A stretch of 62,190 nt of DNA from Negaprion brevirostris (Eukaryota). Positions within the stretch are counted from its first letter, which is position 1. Each line of letters starts with the position of its first letter. Position numbers and translations under genes: made by a program. The notes beneath the pieces were generated by a model. That model was given only the letters and a program-made list of their open reading frames with translations. It was not told where the DNA came from and made no database searches. The stretch lies in assembly GCA_030324005.1 (NCBI GenBank), contig JARDVH010000132.1:49039890-49102079 (forward strand), given 5' to 3'. Shown one piece after another: positions 37,021 to 49,839 of the stretch.

Positions 37021-38751
37021 TATTGTAGGTCAAAATGTAAGTCTACCTGATGAATAAAACAACTCAATTTTTCATGCCCCAGAATTTGTGTTTTTGCATA
37101 TACTTGTTGTATAAGTTGACCCTCTTTTTAGCCACGACATGACTACATTTGCATCGGCCTCAATTTCTTACCTCACAAATACATGTTCTACTTTCCTTGT
37201 AACTGGATGCATAGGACTGAGCAGGCAAAACGCAGTGTTGCAAACGTGTGCAGGAATTTAAGACATGCCCACACAAAACAGATCCCTCACACTGAATGAT
37301 GACGAGAAATTACTCTTCCAGCAAAACGAATAAAGTATGAAGCTGGTTTCATACTCAGTCATAATATTTGCTAGCTCATCAAATAGCTGTGCTGCAGCAA
37401 GGGAATTCAGTATTAGTGAAAAACCCATACCAGAATGGAAGAAGAAGGAATTGCTCTGAAGGTGATGCCCAAGATAAAATGTGACATGACAACTGGATGG
37501 ATCTTGAGAAGCATATGATTGAATGGGTCCTCAAAAATTGTTCAGATGTTTTCATCATTAACAGAAATGTAATGTGTGTATATATATATGTATATACATA
37601 TATATGCACTTAAGTGGGCCAAATCAAATTGAATCCAGAAAATGGTTTAGAGCTGGTTGATGTAGCAGCTTTATGGAATATAGATGTGCTGTTGTGGCAG
37701 AAGATCAAGATCACTTGGACTATCAAAAGAATCCAATACCATTAATTACCAGTTTCCAGTGAGCCATAATCAGGCACTGGCAAAAACACAGGTAACATTA
37801 GTAACGTGAATCAAAAGCTCATGAATTTCAGTATGTTCAACAGCTGAACTGTCAAGTTGAAGGTTTAAAAAATTATTCTAGTCAAGAACTACCAGTCATG
37901 AGAAGACGAATTTCATGGTGACATTCGCCTGCGTGGCAGATTGAATGAAATTAAAGCCTATGGTAATTTTCAAATGTAAAACCAGACCAAAAATCAAATC
38001 TCCTACTGGAGATTTTGTGCGTGTCCATGATAATGGTTGGATAGGTCAGGATAGAGTGAAGTAATGGATCGATTATATGTGAAATAAGCATCCCAATGGC
38101 CGATGTAAAGAATGCAGTTTATTAATCTGGGACATGATCCAATCTCATATCAATGATAAAATCAAGATTTGCCTGTGAAGAAATGATACCCACATTACAG
38201 GATTACTAGTGGTTCTTGTATCCATTGCTCAACCTTTGGGTATGTACTTTAACAAACCAGTCAAGGATCATGTTTACAGCAAATGGAATAGAAAAAACCT
38301 TCATCAAGGGTGGAAATATGCACTTGATGTATTTGAGTAGCTTTATCATCAAATGTGCACAAATTGTCATCAGATCATTCAAAAAAAGGGCAAAATATCA
38401 AATTTTGTAGATGGAGAGGAAGGTGAATTGTTACGGAGGGATTATTCTGACAAAAAAAGCCACATTTGATCCTGACTAGGACCCATGCAAAGATGCCATA
38501 AGTGACTCGGAATGAATTTGATGCACTTTGTCAGATTGTGAAAACATGAATTTTAAAATGCTTTCATCCTGCTAAAGATATATTTCTACAATTAATTTAT
38601 TCAATAAGCTATGCCACATGTACTTTCTTCACATTTAAAAATGTCAACCCAAACTGGGGTTGACATTTTATGCTCACCGTGTTAATTGCCCTCCATTTTT
38701 TGGAACGCTTTTTGGCTTCACAGGTCAACTCATATGTCAATATCTGCAGTA
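37021..38751 (+). mobile_element. Decayed pogo/Tigger-family transposon with a POGK-like transposase pseudogene
   Basis: AKRIKYEAGF..CAAAREFSISEKPIPEWKK (Brinker-type DNA-binding domain) and TTSHEKTNFMVTFACVAD*MKLKPMVIFKCK..GW..SLLIWDMIQSH (DDE_1-like). Degenerate inverted ends with terminal TA. Confidence 0.8.
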
Positions 38752-39161
38752 CCTCCTTACATCCCTAGTGTGAAATTTTGTCTGATAATGTTACTGTGAA
38801 ATCTCTTGGGACATTTTACATTACAGCATTATACAAGCAAAAGTTTGCGGTTCCACTTCTAACTATTTCGAATTTGGCTATTCTCTTCAGGACATTGCCA
38901 AANNNNNNNNNNNNNNNNNNNNNNNNNNNNNNNNNNNNNNNNNNNNNNNNNNNNNNNNNNNNNNNNNNNNNNNNNNNNNNNNNNNNNNNNNNNNNNNNNN
39001 NNNNNNNNNNNNNNNNNNNNNNNNNNNNNNNNNNNNNNNNNNNNNNNNNNNNNNNNNNNNNNNNNNNNNNNNNNNNNNNNNNNNNNNNNNNNNNNNNNNN
39101 NNNNNNNNNNNNNNNNNNNNNNNNNNNNNNNNNNNNNNNNNNNNNNNNNNNNNNNNNNNNN

Positions 39162-39490
39162 AATTGCCTGCATTTGGCCTATATCCCTCCCTACCCATCT
39201 TATCCACGTAACTGTCTAAATGCTTTTTAAAAGGCAAAATAGTACGCATCTCTACTACGACCTTTGGCAGCTTGTTCCAGACACACACCACCCTCTGCAA
39301 CGAAACTGCCCCTCTGGACCTTTTGTATCTTTCCCTTCTTACCTTAAACCTATGCCCTCTAGTTTTAGACTCTCCTACCTTTGAGAAAAGATATTGACTA
39401 TCAGATATTGACTGATCTATGCCCCCCATTATTTTATAGACCTCTATAAGATCACCCCTCAGTATCCTATGCTCCAGAGGAAAAAGTTCC
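39162..39490 (-). mobile_element. CR1 LINE 3' fragment
   Basis: LEHRILRGDLIEVYKIM..TRGHRFKV..RVVCVWNKLP. Confidence 0.88.
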
Positions 39491-40525
39491 GGTAGCATCT
39501 TGGTAAATGTACATTAATGATTCATAAGCTCCAGCATATTGCAAAGCACACACTGTTTGAGGCCCCTCCCATTACCACATGACAACATGTGATAATGGAC
39601 TTTTGTGATACAAAGCTCTGAGTCTTAAGATGTACTTTGCTCTTTATTCCCATTAATCTTGAAGGAGATTTATCACAGATGACCTACCTGGCCAATTTGC
39701 GGATACTGTAATCATATCATCTGGTGTCAGTGAAGATAGGTGCCTTTGTAAGGCTGCTCAGTAACATTTAAATGGGCAGGAAAAGCCCTGAGAATTTGAC
39801 TTGACAGCAGATTCAGATAAGTTAGAGATCTAAAGCTTCACCAAAAATAAATGAAATGAGCATTACTGAGACCACAATGAATCTTGGGTTTTATTCTCTG
39901 GTTCTTGGCTTGGGAAGTTCCTTTGCAATGTAATATATCTATAATTTTGTATTTCTTTCCAGTACAATTGAATCTAGAGAAAATTGGATTTGGGCAAATG
40001 CAGCAGTTATTTCAACTTTTTTATATACAGCTTACAATTGGAATGCTGATTTGGGTTTAAACCCTGAACATAGGAATTGTTACTTTATGAGAATAGGAGT
40101 TATCCTTTACATAGCAGTTGATGATGTGAGCACAGGGGTGATATTTTAAGGCTACAATTAGAACAGCATATAAGGAAAAAGTACCAACATATAAAACAGG
40201 ATATAAGTGCTATTAATATGACACATTTAGAAGTGCAGGAAGTTATTAGAAAAAAATGTTCAACTAAGGTATATTACTTGTCAAGTAGCTTGTTTTATTC
40301 CAAAAAGAGCAATACTTGTGGTTACTAATCACTGATAGTTTGGTCATTGTTTTGGGCCTGATTTTCATGATTAAAAACTTAAAATCTTGCTTGAAATTTA
40401 GCAGGAATTAAGCAATTTAACAATGATTTAGAAAATGATAAAAACATGATTAATGTATGATTTTTATTGAATGTGAGAAAGTTTTGCAGTTACTTTTCAT
40501 CTGTACGCTCAATTAATTTTTTTAG

Positions 40526-40698
40526 GGAAAAGAAGAGATGGTTACAGCCGTGCCATTTGCAAGACCTCAAGACATAGGACCATCACTTGCTATAGTTTCC
40601 AAAGTAAATCGCATTCAAGACCAGTTGTTAAAGAAATATGACACAGAGCTGTACATGCACCTCAATCGACTCGAAATAGCACCTCAGATTTATGGAAT
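40526..40698 (+). CDS. TBC1D5: TBC1D5 internal coding exon (173 bp)
   Basis: tttttag acceptor, AT|gtaagt donor. Encodes GKEEMVTAVPFARPQDIGPSLAIVSKVNRIQDQLLKKYDTELYMHLNRLEIAPQIYG. Confidence 0.95.
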
Positions 40699-43112
40699 GT
40701 AAGTGAATCTATGTAATTTTATCTATCTTGCTTCACTGATATAGCTGCATTTAGAAATAAATCAAATGGTTTTAGTTGTGCAAATGGTGAAAGGAATCAC
40801 ATGAGTGTTAAAATACAGTAATAAATTGTGCAAATAATATGTTCAATAGGAATTGGTTATTTCATGAGCTATGCACAGGAAACACACCTGCTGAAAACAA
40901 AATGGGGGATCATGTTACAATTTTAATTAAACCATGCAGCCTATTTCCATAGCTACCAAAGCAGAATGTTTTTGCACGTTATTAGGTGATGTGAAAAAAT
41001 AATCAAGTGGATGGACTTAAAACTATGTAATTCTGCAGAAGTGAAGACTTCAGAAATTCTTCTGAGAATGTCAGTTTTATGTTTGACATGAGTGTGTCAA
41101 TACATCTTGCAGCTTGAAAAATAATGTCACTTATTGCAAAAATGGCACCCACAATCAACTTAAGATTTATCAAATGTGTAAAAATGGCTGAAATGCTAAG
41201 CCAACTTGAGTTATGCTTAAGATGGTTCACTGTAGTCATGTTTATGCAAATTTATTTTCATTTAAAAAGATTAACTATCTTCCCTGAAACAGTAAAGTGC
41301 CCAGTTGAAAATAATTGTATACTAATTCAGAAATGTGCCTTTAACAATTAATGTCCATTGTAGGTAATAATTGCCTAATTTTTATTGAATATTTTGAGGT
41401 AAATTTTCATTGTGGGGATCCAATTTTACTGTAAGACTGAGGAATCCCCAAATGAAGGAAATGGCCAATTAAGTGGCTGCATGCGGGAGCCCCATTGAAT
41501 TAAAGCTACTGGCCTCAAATGAGGTAAGTAAAAAGGGAGAAGAGTTTAGAGGTTTTGGAGATTGAGATGGTTGCAACGAGTGCAACCTCCTCAACAACAA
41601 GAGGTATTATGCAACATATTATTGCTCTGTGCATTATATTGAGTATCTAGTTTGTGTCAGGAAAGTGCCTGTAATAAGCCCTTGAGAGTTTACTTGGTTA
41701 CCCACTACAGTCAAACAGGTAACTGACCATTCATGTTGACAGTCTGACTCAACCATAATCTCATGGAAACTAGCTGGTCAACAAGATTTACCCTCCCCTA
41801 AGTCCCTCAGCCCTCATTATCAGCATGCCCACCTACAGTCCCATTACCACAGGCTATTGAAATTCAGCCCTTTGTTTCCTAATGGTCTAAATTCTGTGAA
41901 CTTGATGATTTACAAGTAACATGAGAAGATGAAGAAAGGAAAATAAAATTGAAGCATGTCCACACACACACACACATTTATGTATATTGTATATATATCA
42001 AAATAATATATAGACACACATGCAGATATACATTATATAATACATACTAAATAGATTTATATGTATATCTAGCTTATCTTACATCAACCCAATAAATTAT
42101 GAAGATTGTGCTATGCAATGGAAAAAATTGAGATTAGCTTTGCACTGTGTCACAATTGATGCCCTGTGACGTGTTCAGCGTTGCAGTATTAAAATAAAAC
42201 CAAATGTATAGGTCAAACAACTTGGGCGTCAGCCAGATGGAAAATTAACATAAACTTTATTAGAACTTTTTAACCATGTTTCCCTTCATTACAACAGATC
42301 TGATGTACTTAATTGGCTGTGCAGCATTTTGGAACTTCCTGAAGTCAGGGAAAATGCTATATAATTGCAAATTTGTTCTTTTTTCCTGTATGATACCATG
42401 CCCTTGTATTTCAGTTTTAAGTTACCCCAGCTTTATTGTCAACCATTTACCATGGGATTGGGCGTGCCNNNNNNNNNNGTAATTTCTTTGCTCGTATCGC
42501 GTACTTTACCGCTGAGTCTACCTTTTATAAAATCTGTTGTACAGCACAAAAGTGGAAAGGGTATATCTGATATGTATTTGAAACATGATAAAATTATTTA
42601 TATATGATTTGGTGCAGCAATGTAATTGTAAGTTAAATATGAATTTGTTGAATTTTACAGTGACTGTGAAGAGTAAAATGTGGTACACTGCAACTCAATC
42701 TATTCACTGAATTTGGATTCAAAACATTTTAGAATAACAAGCATTACACTAATGAACTGTACTTTATTTGACAATTTTGCGGTTAAGCTTTCTTTCAACA
42801 TCTGAACCACAACTTTTTTATTAAAAACAGGAAACCTCAAATGATACTGTTTTTCTGAGAATTGTAATTTTACTTTTACTTCTCCTGAAGATTATTTTTA
42901 ATACTTTGGCTTGTCAAAAATGTTAATTTCAAAAGACCGCACCTTAAATTGTTAGTAAAAGGAGTGTTACTTTTTAACTTCTTTAGTTGGGAAGAAAGTT
43001 GAACAAAATATTTGTTATCATAACAACGTAGTGCAATTTTGATGTAAAACCAGAATAGCATAATCTGGACAAAATTCAATTGAGTTTCCAACTAAAATAT
43101 TTTATAAAGTAA

Positions 43113-44125
43113 CTTCATTCAGTCCATGTGCATCACCCCAATCTTCCTGGCATATGCCATTTCAAGTCACCATCTTGCTGTCATGCTCACATTTCTGCCT
43201 CCAGCCTGCTACAGTGTTCCAGGAAACCCAATGCAGACTGGAGGGTACAGCACCTTTTCTTCTAATTAGGTGCATTGAGTTCAACAACTTGCACTCTGTC
43301 CTCCATTTTGACTCTTCGCACCCACCCCCCCCATTCTATATTACTGAAGATGCAGGAGTCTGAAATTAAAATACTAGAAAATCTCAGCAGCTTTGACAGT
43401 TTCTGTGGAGAGCAAACAGAGCTAATGTTTTGAAGCTGGATAACCCGGCACCACAGCTCAGAAAACTTGTTCTCAGGTTTTGCTTTCAAAGGTGCTGATC
43501 CTTGTTCTGCTGTTCACACATTCTGTTATCTGACCTTATAAGAAACATAAGAACATAAGAAATAGGAGCAGGAGTAGGCCATCTAGCCCTTCGAGCCTGC
43601 CCCGCCATTCAGTAAGATCNNNNNNNNNNNNNNNNNNNNNNNNNNNNNNNNNNNNNNNNNNNNNNNNNNNNNNNNNNNNNNNNNNNNNNNNNNNNNNNNN
43701 NNNNNNNNNNNNNNNNNNNTTGATGACGGATTCAAGCATTTTTCCAACTACAGACGTTAAACTAACCGGCCTATAATTCCCTGCCTTTTGTCTGCTCCTT
43801 CATGCCACAATTCACCTTCATGCCACAATTCGCACCTCCCTTAGTCTTTTAAAACTACAATTACCACTCCTTTGTTTTGTGTCCATGACATCTTTGTCAT
43901 TTAGTATTTCCTGAGCTCCAACCTATTCCTGATCAATTTTGCTCCAACCCCTCTCTTCAAAAGCAGAAAACCCATCAAACGTCTACCTTTCTTCAGCTCT
44001 GAAGAAGAGTCACACAGACTCAAAACGTTAACTGGTTCTTTCCCCACAAATGCGGCCAGACCGTCTGAATTTTTCCAGCATTTGATTCTATTTCAGATTC
44101 CTAGCATCCACAGCATTTTGCTTTC
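43113..44125 (+). mobile_element. Penelope-like element 3' end (endonuclease C-terminus plus terminal repeat with a hammerhead motif), with nested insertions
   Basis: LHSVH..LPGICHFKS..LLQCS / ETQCRLE..QHL..LG..IEFNN with frameshifts; ctgaagaagagtcacacagactcaaaacgtta at about 43999-44030. Confidence 0.65.
43538..43797 (-). mobile_element. Young CR1 LINE collapsed at a gap
   Basis: 3' end at the left; RQKAGNYRPVSLTSVVGKMLESVI at the right of the gap. Confidence 0.85.
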
Positions 44126-44704
44126 ATAAGAATATGTTGTACTATGGGATCAACTAGAATTGGTATAGAACAGCAAAATTTATTCCGCATTAATTCTAAT
44201 TTTTTATATGATTTGAAAATACAAAGTTTCTAATGCTGTGGTTCTAACTTTAATTGTTTTTAGGTTAAAGTAATTTCTCAGGCATAATTAATAAATGTGG
44301 CTATTACAGAATTATATTGCAGCTCATTGATTCAACATGTTATTCCATATAGAAGACAAAATATGTATTTGGCGCTTATCAATCGACATTCAAGGAATTA
44401 CTGGCCTCAGTCTATTTTGAGGTGCTGAGAAAATCTCATATATTTGCCTACAGTGAGTAAAAATAATATTCTCATCACCACTGTTAACTCTTACAGTTAG
44501 TTGCAGAGAAATTACATTAAAAGTTCAAGGTATGTCTAATTACTTTTTCAGTTACATCAGAAATCATAGTGAAGAAAAATACGGGCAAAACTTTTCCTTG
44601 GAAAATTACAATTTTGTGAAGAACATTAATGTCCTTGTTAAGCTTTACTTCATTTATGTATAGCAATAATAGGAAGGGATGTCACAGGAAATCATGGTAT
44701 TGTA

Positions 44705-44865
44705 ATAAAAACAGAAACTGAATAAGCTCAGCAAGTTTGACAACATCTGTGGAGCGAGAAACACAGTTAACTTTCTGAGTCCCTATGACCCTTCTATAGA
44801 CCCTGTTGAGTTTACCCACTGTTTTTATTTTAGATTTCTTGCGTCTGCAGCATTTTGCTTTTATT
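44705..44865. mobile_element. Palindromic Penelope-derived repeat
   Basis: aataaaaacagaaactg..ctcagcaag with the inverted ctgttgag..ctgtttttatt. Confidence 0.55.
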
Positions 44866-45369
44866 ATATTGTAACATTTAGAATACTTTAAAAATTGTTT
44901 AATAATGCCCCTGTGAAGCTCCTTGGGATATTTTGTAATGTTAAAGGTGCTATGTGTTGTTTTGATACACTTGCATCAAGGAGATAATGGTTTTGCATTA
45001 CTGCAAATGAGCTACCTATCTGTTATTAGGTTTCAAGTGTATACAAGTAGTCATGGCAGTCATTAGTTATGTTATTTGGTACACACTAAACCATTGCACA
45101 AGCTTATGATGAGTTTTTGTCTGCACTGAATCAAATAAAGTAAATATTATTAACACTAAGATCAAATTTGAGTAAGAAGAAATGAAATATGCCTAGATTG
45201 TTGGATGGTGGAATTCACTTAGGTGAAATTATAAAACATACAATTGCTGATGTGAATTTCATTCTGATGAACAATAGCAGCCAAATCAAAACATATGTGG
45301 GACAAGTAAATGCAGAGTGGGATAAATTTTAAAATTGAAAGATAGAATTTTGAGACATGAATAATCACT

Positions 45370-46182
45370 GCAATAGGCCATTTGGCTCCTTGAACGTGCT
45401 CCACCACTTAATAAAATCATAGCTGACCTGTGTGTTTTGAATTCCGCATTTACGTATACTGCTGATAGCCTTTGATTCCCTTTTCTAACAAGAATCTACC
45501 TACCCACACCTTAGAAATATTCAATGACCCACCTCCACCGCCTTGCAAGGCAGAGTTCCAAATTAGCACAACCCTCACCGAAACAAATTCTCATCTCTGA
45601 CCTAAAAGGGCGACTCATGATTTTTAAAGAAGTGTCCCTGAGTTCTNNNNNNNNNNNNNNNNNNNTATTCAGGAGCTTGTTTACTTTCATCAAGTCATCC
45701 CTCACTCTTTGAAACTCAGTAAAAATAAGCTCAACTTTTCCGCATAAGATACCCGATCGTTCCAAGTATCAATCTACTAAACCACTGAACTGCCTCCAAC
45801 TCATTTACACTCTTCCCTAAATAAAGAAACCAAAACTGCACACAATATTTGAGATGTGGTCTCATCAATGCCCAGTACAGCTGAAGCATAACATCCACAT
45901 TTTTATGTTCAAATCCTCTCATATAAAGATAGCACTATCTTTATTATTTTCATTATTATTATTTTAGTACCTGCACGCTAACTTATGACTAGTGTACTAG
46001 AAACCTAGATTCCTCTGTACCTCAGAATTCTGAAGTTGTTCTCCATTTAAGTAATACTCTTGCTTTCTTATTGTACCTGCTAAAGTTAACAACTTCATAT
46101 TTACTCCATCTGCCAGATTTTTCCCCATTCATTCAACCTATCTGCAACCTCCTTATGTCCTGTTCAAAACATACTTTCCTAC
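45370..46182 (-). mobile_element. CR1 LINE 3' portion; it appears to resume at about 49370-49612
   Basis: VMLQLYWALMRPHLKYCVQFW, RVRDDLMKV; CR1 3' UTR at the left end. Confidence 0.82.
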
Positions 46183-46187
46183 TCTCC

Positions 46188-46352
46188 TGGGGAGGCAATG
46201 GCCTAGTGGTATTATAGCTAGACTGTTAATGCAAAAACTCAGCTAATGTTCTGAGGACCTGAGTTTGAATCCCGCCATGGCAGATGGTGGAATTTGAATT
46301 CAATAAAAAATATCTGCAATTAAGAATCTACCATGAAACTATTGTCAATCAT
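46188..46352 (+). mobile_element. tRNA-derived SINE 5' part, second family
   Basis: A box tggcctagtgg, B box gtttgaatccc; body nearly matches 49008-49352. Confidence 0.75.
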
Positions 46353-46604
46353 NNNNNNNNNNNNNNNNNNNNNNNNNNNNNNNNNNNNNNNNNNNNNNNN
46401 NNNNNNNNNNNNNNNNNNNNNNNNNNNNNNNNNNNNNNNNNNNNNNNNNNNNGTGTTGCATGATATATTTGGAATACAATTAGGCCATGAATACCACAGA
46501 ACATCAACCGAAACATATAGCTAAAAAAAAGTTAAATCACAATTCATTTTGTGTATCGAATGAAGAAAACACTTACATTCATTGTTGACATTGAAGATTA
46601 AAAC

Positions 46605-46920
46605 ACTGGCACAGTTATTAACACTGCTGCCTCAGAGCACCAGAGACCCAGGTTCAACCCTAGCCTTGAGTGACTGTCTATGTGGAGTTCGCATGTTCTC
46701 CCCGTATCTGCATGGTTTCCTCTGGGTGTTCCGGTTTCCTCCTACACTCCAAAGAAATGCAGGTTAGATTGATTGCCCAATCTAAATTGCCCCTTAGTGT
46801 CAGGGTGACTAGCAGGGTAAACACATGGGGCTACGGGAATTGGACCTGGTTGGGATTGTTGCAGGTGCAGGCTTGATGGGCGGAATGGCCTCATTCTGCA
46901 TTGCAGGGACTTGGTGATTT
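46605..46920 (+). mobile_element. HE1-type SINE
   Basis: ggcacagt..aacactgctgcctcagagcaccagagacccaggttcaaccc, V-type body, CR1-like tail. Confidence 0.8.
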
Positions 46921-46929
46921 TATAATTTC

Positions 46930-47221
46930 CAGAGGGGTCTTAACAGCATGCATGTGGAAATGATTGAGAAAGAATCAATAACTAGGGGATCACAGTTTAA
47001 AAACAAAAGGTCACTTATTTAAGACAGAGGTGAGGAGAAAGTTTTTCTCAGAGGGTTGTGAGTTTTTGAATTCTCTTCCTTAAAAGGTAGTGGAAGCTGT
47101 ATGAATATTTTTAAAGCAGAGGTTGATAGATTCTTGATAAAGAAGGGGGTAAAATGTTAACGGGGAAAGTGGGAATGTGGAATTGATGTTGCGATCAGGT
47201 CAGCCATGATATTACTGAATG
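46930..47221 (+). mobile_element. CR1 LINE 3' fragment
   Basis: FKTEVRRKVFLRG / FKAEVDRFL and 3' UTR. Confidence 0.75.
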
Positions 47222-48534
47222 TTCATTAAAAAAATGTATTTGCAACATTATTTCATGTTTTCTTCCCAGAATTTTAGTCAAATTCTCCCATTGCGAATCA
47301 TTGCTGTAACATGTTATTTTAAATTGGTGGCCCAATGGATATATGTCTTATCTCCAAAGGATTTCTAAAGTGCTGGCTTGAGCATTGAGAGTGTGATTTG
47401 TTTACAGTTAATTCACACTGGAGACCAAGCAGTTTAGGAGTGCCAGAAAAATATGATTAGTTAGGCTGTTTATTGAGAATGGTAAACGGTTTTGTTAAAT
47501 TACTGTACAATGGAACTTGCTTAGCTAACCTCAGTTTCCTGTTAAAATGCAAATAGAGCAATACTTATGGTTCTGTTATTCTTAGTGTGACTTTGTTTTG
47601 TGTTTTGACCCTTTGTAACTTCAATAAATGCTCAGATCAGTCATGATCTCATTGAATGGTGGGGTAAACTCAATGGGCCAAATGCTCCTACATCTTATTG
47701 GTCTTATGGTCTTGTGCTTTGGCTGAAAGCCTTGCAGAGAGCTTTTCATCGGCATTATCCCACTGAACATGGTGACTAGGTTGCAACCTGTAGTAAGTGT
47801 TAGTCTTTGTCTTTCAGGTTTCAATATACAGCAATTCAACCTATCTTCATTGCTGATCACTAAACTTAAGAGAAACTTAAAATGTTGCTTTGTTTTCCAA
47901 AACTATAAATCAGAAATGGCAAAACATGCTGGTCCAGATGGCTCATTCAGAAAAATGGTTTACCCACTTACACCAACAAACAGTTTAGGTCTGCACATTT
48001 AGTACAACATTAATTTAAAACTGAGACAAATAGGGTCAGAAATTGACCATGTCATGACTATTTATAGATTCTGCATGGTCTACTGTGTTTTGAATGCACG
48101 CACATTCGATGGTTGGATGGTGTCTGAGTAGATGGACTTCCACACATGCATTCACCTAATAATGACCGTCAATAGCATGCAAAGCAGGCAAATTATAACG
48201 TCAATCAATGTACAATTCCAATTTAACTCTGTTACTGCCATTTTCCGACATTGGGATCCAGATTAAACCCTGATCACAACATTAATGGCATGACAGACCC
48301 ACTACCAGCACTAATTAAAAGTAATTTCTATTTCTAGTCTAGTTGCTGGATTAGTTTTTCTGGCTAGTGGTGGAATTACATGAAGTTTTGCAGCTTTATA
48401 TGCTTGGCTGATGTTTGAATAAAATACTAAAATGATCTGATGCTGAAATTGATAAAGATTGTCAATTTAATGAATGAACACTGCGCTGGATGAGGCTTGG
48501 AGGGAAACTGATGATGGGCTTGCTCATCTTGACA

Positions 48535-48725
48535 GCTAATTTCAGATCATTAAATTTCTTCCTGCACAGCAACACACTTGGCATTGATCTCCACCATTAT
48601 CTGTTCCCACTGGTTCCTGAGCATATGTTTGGAGGGTTTCCAGCATCACCTATGGATACAGGATGCTTTACCTTCTTTGAAACTCCTCAAGCAAGACTTC
48701 CGGTGCATTATTCTCCGGAAATGGT
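48535..48725 (-). pseudogene. Myb/SANT-like DNA-binding ORF remnant of a PIF/Harbinger transposon
   Basis: Minus strand EVLLEEFQRR*SILYP / KPSKHMLRNQWEQIMVEINAKCVA / CRKKFNDLK with frameshifts. Confidence 0.7.
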
Positions 48726-49007
48726 GATGTACACTTCTTGTATGTTCAGTTTTTCCTCAAAGTATCAAAGCTAGCTACTCACAGTATTCCACCCTCTGTT
48801 GATGTGTGAAGCTGATGGCTATCATGGGTAGCAGTGGCTAAAAGCAGCTCTCATGTAACACAAGAAACAGCACTAATTTAACATACTGGCTGCAATACAA
48901 CAAGTGAGAACCATATACTATGATGTCAAGGCCCATATTTAGGGTTTAACAACTTTTTCCACTGCATACTCTCCCTTCCCCCAGTCTAATGCACAGCACA
49001 GTACAAT

Positions 49008-49352
49008 GGAGAAGTGATGGCCAGTGGCATTATCACTAGAAACTCAGCTAGTGTTCTGGGGACTTGTGTTTGAACCCTGCCACAGCAGATGGTGGAATTT
49101 GAATTCAATAAGAAGATCTGGAATTAAGAATCTACTGATGACCATGAAACTATTGTCAATCATCAGAAAAACCCATCTGGTTCACTAATGTCCTTTAGGG
49201 AAGGACATTTGTCGTCCTTACCTGGCCTGGCCTACGTATGACCCCAGAGCCACAGCAATGTGGTTGACTCTCAGCCGCCCTTGGGCAACTAGGCTTGGGC
49301 AATAAATGCTGGCCAGTCAGCAATACCGATGACCCACAAATGAATAACAAAA
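49008..49352 (+). mobile_element. Full tRNA-derived SINE, second family
   Basis: tRNA-like head, body ccatctggttcactaatgtcctttagggaagg, tail gggcaataaatgctggcc..tgaataacaaaa. Confidence 0.78.
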
Positions 49353-49839
49353 AGATTTATCCTTGGGTCATCTGCAACTTTAATACCTTCCCTTCGCTTC
49401 CCCATTAAGTCATTGATATAAATTGTAAAAAGCGGAGGCTCCTGCAAGACTCTGCACATTGCATCCTGGCAATCAGAAAAAGACCCATTTATGCATACTC
49501 TTTGTTTTCTGTGAGCTAGCCAATCTTCTATTTGTTCTCATGTTAATCTCACCGTCATCAACACCAACTTTGCAAAATAACCTTGAATGCAGCACTTTGG
49601 TCAACTGCCTTTTGGGCACATGGAGGTAATTAAAGCCGTAAAACCCGTACAATGTAGATTCCCAAGGTGATGTAAGCAATGAAACATAGAGGTTTAAGGA
49701 GTGGCTTCAGAAACCAGGACTCGTTCACTGAAGCAATGAAGGCTAAAAGAAGAGAAAAATGGTAGACAGATATAAAATAATCATTTGGTTTTGATAATGA
49801 GTGACAATGATTATGATTTTTAAATTGTTATTTTGTTAG

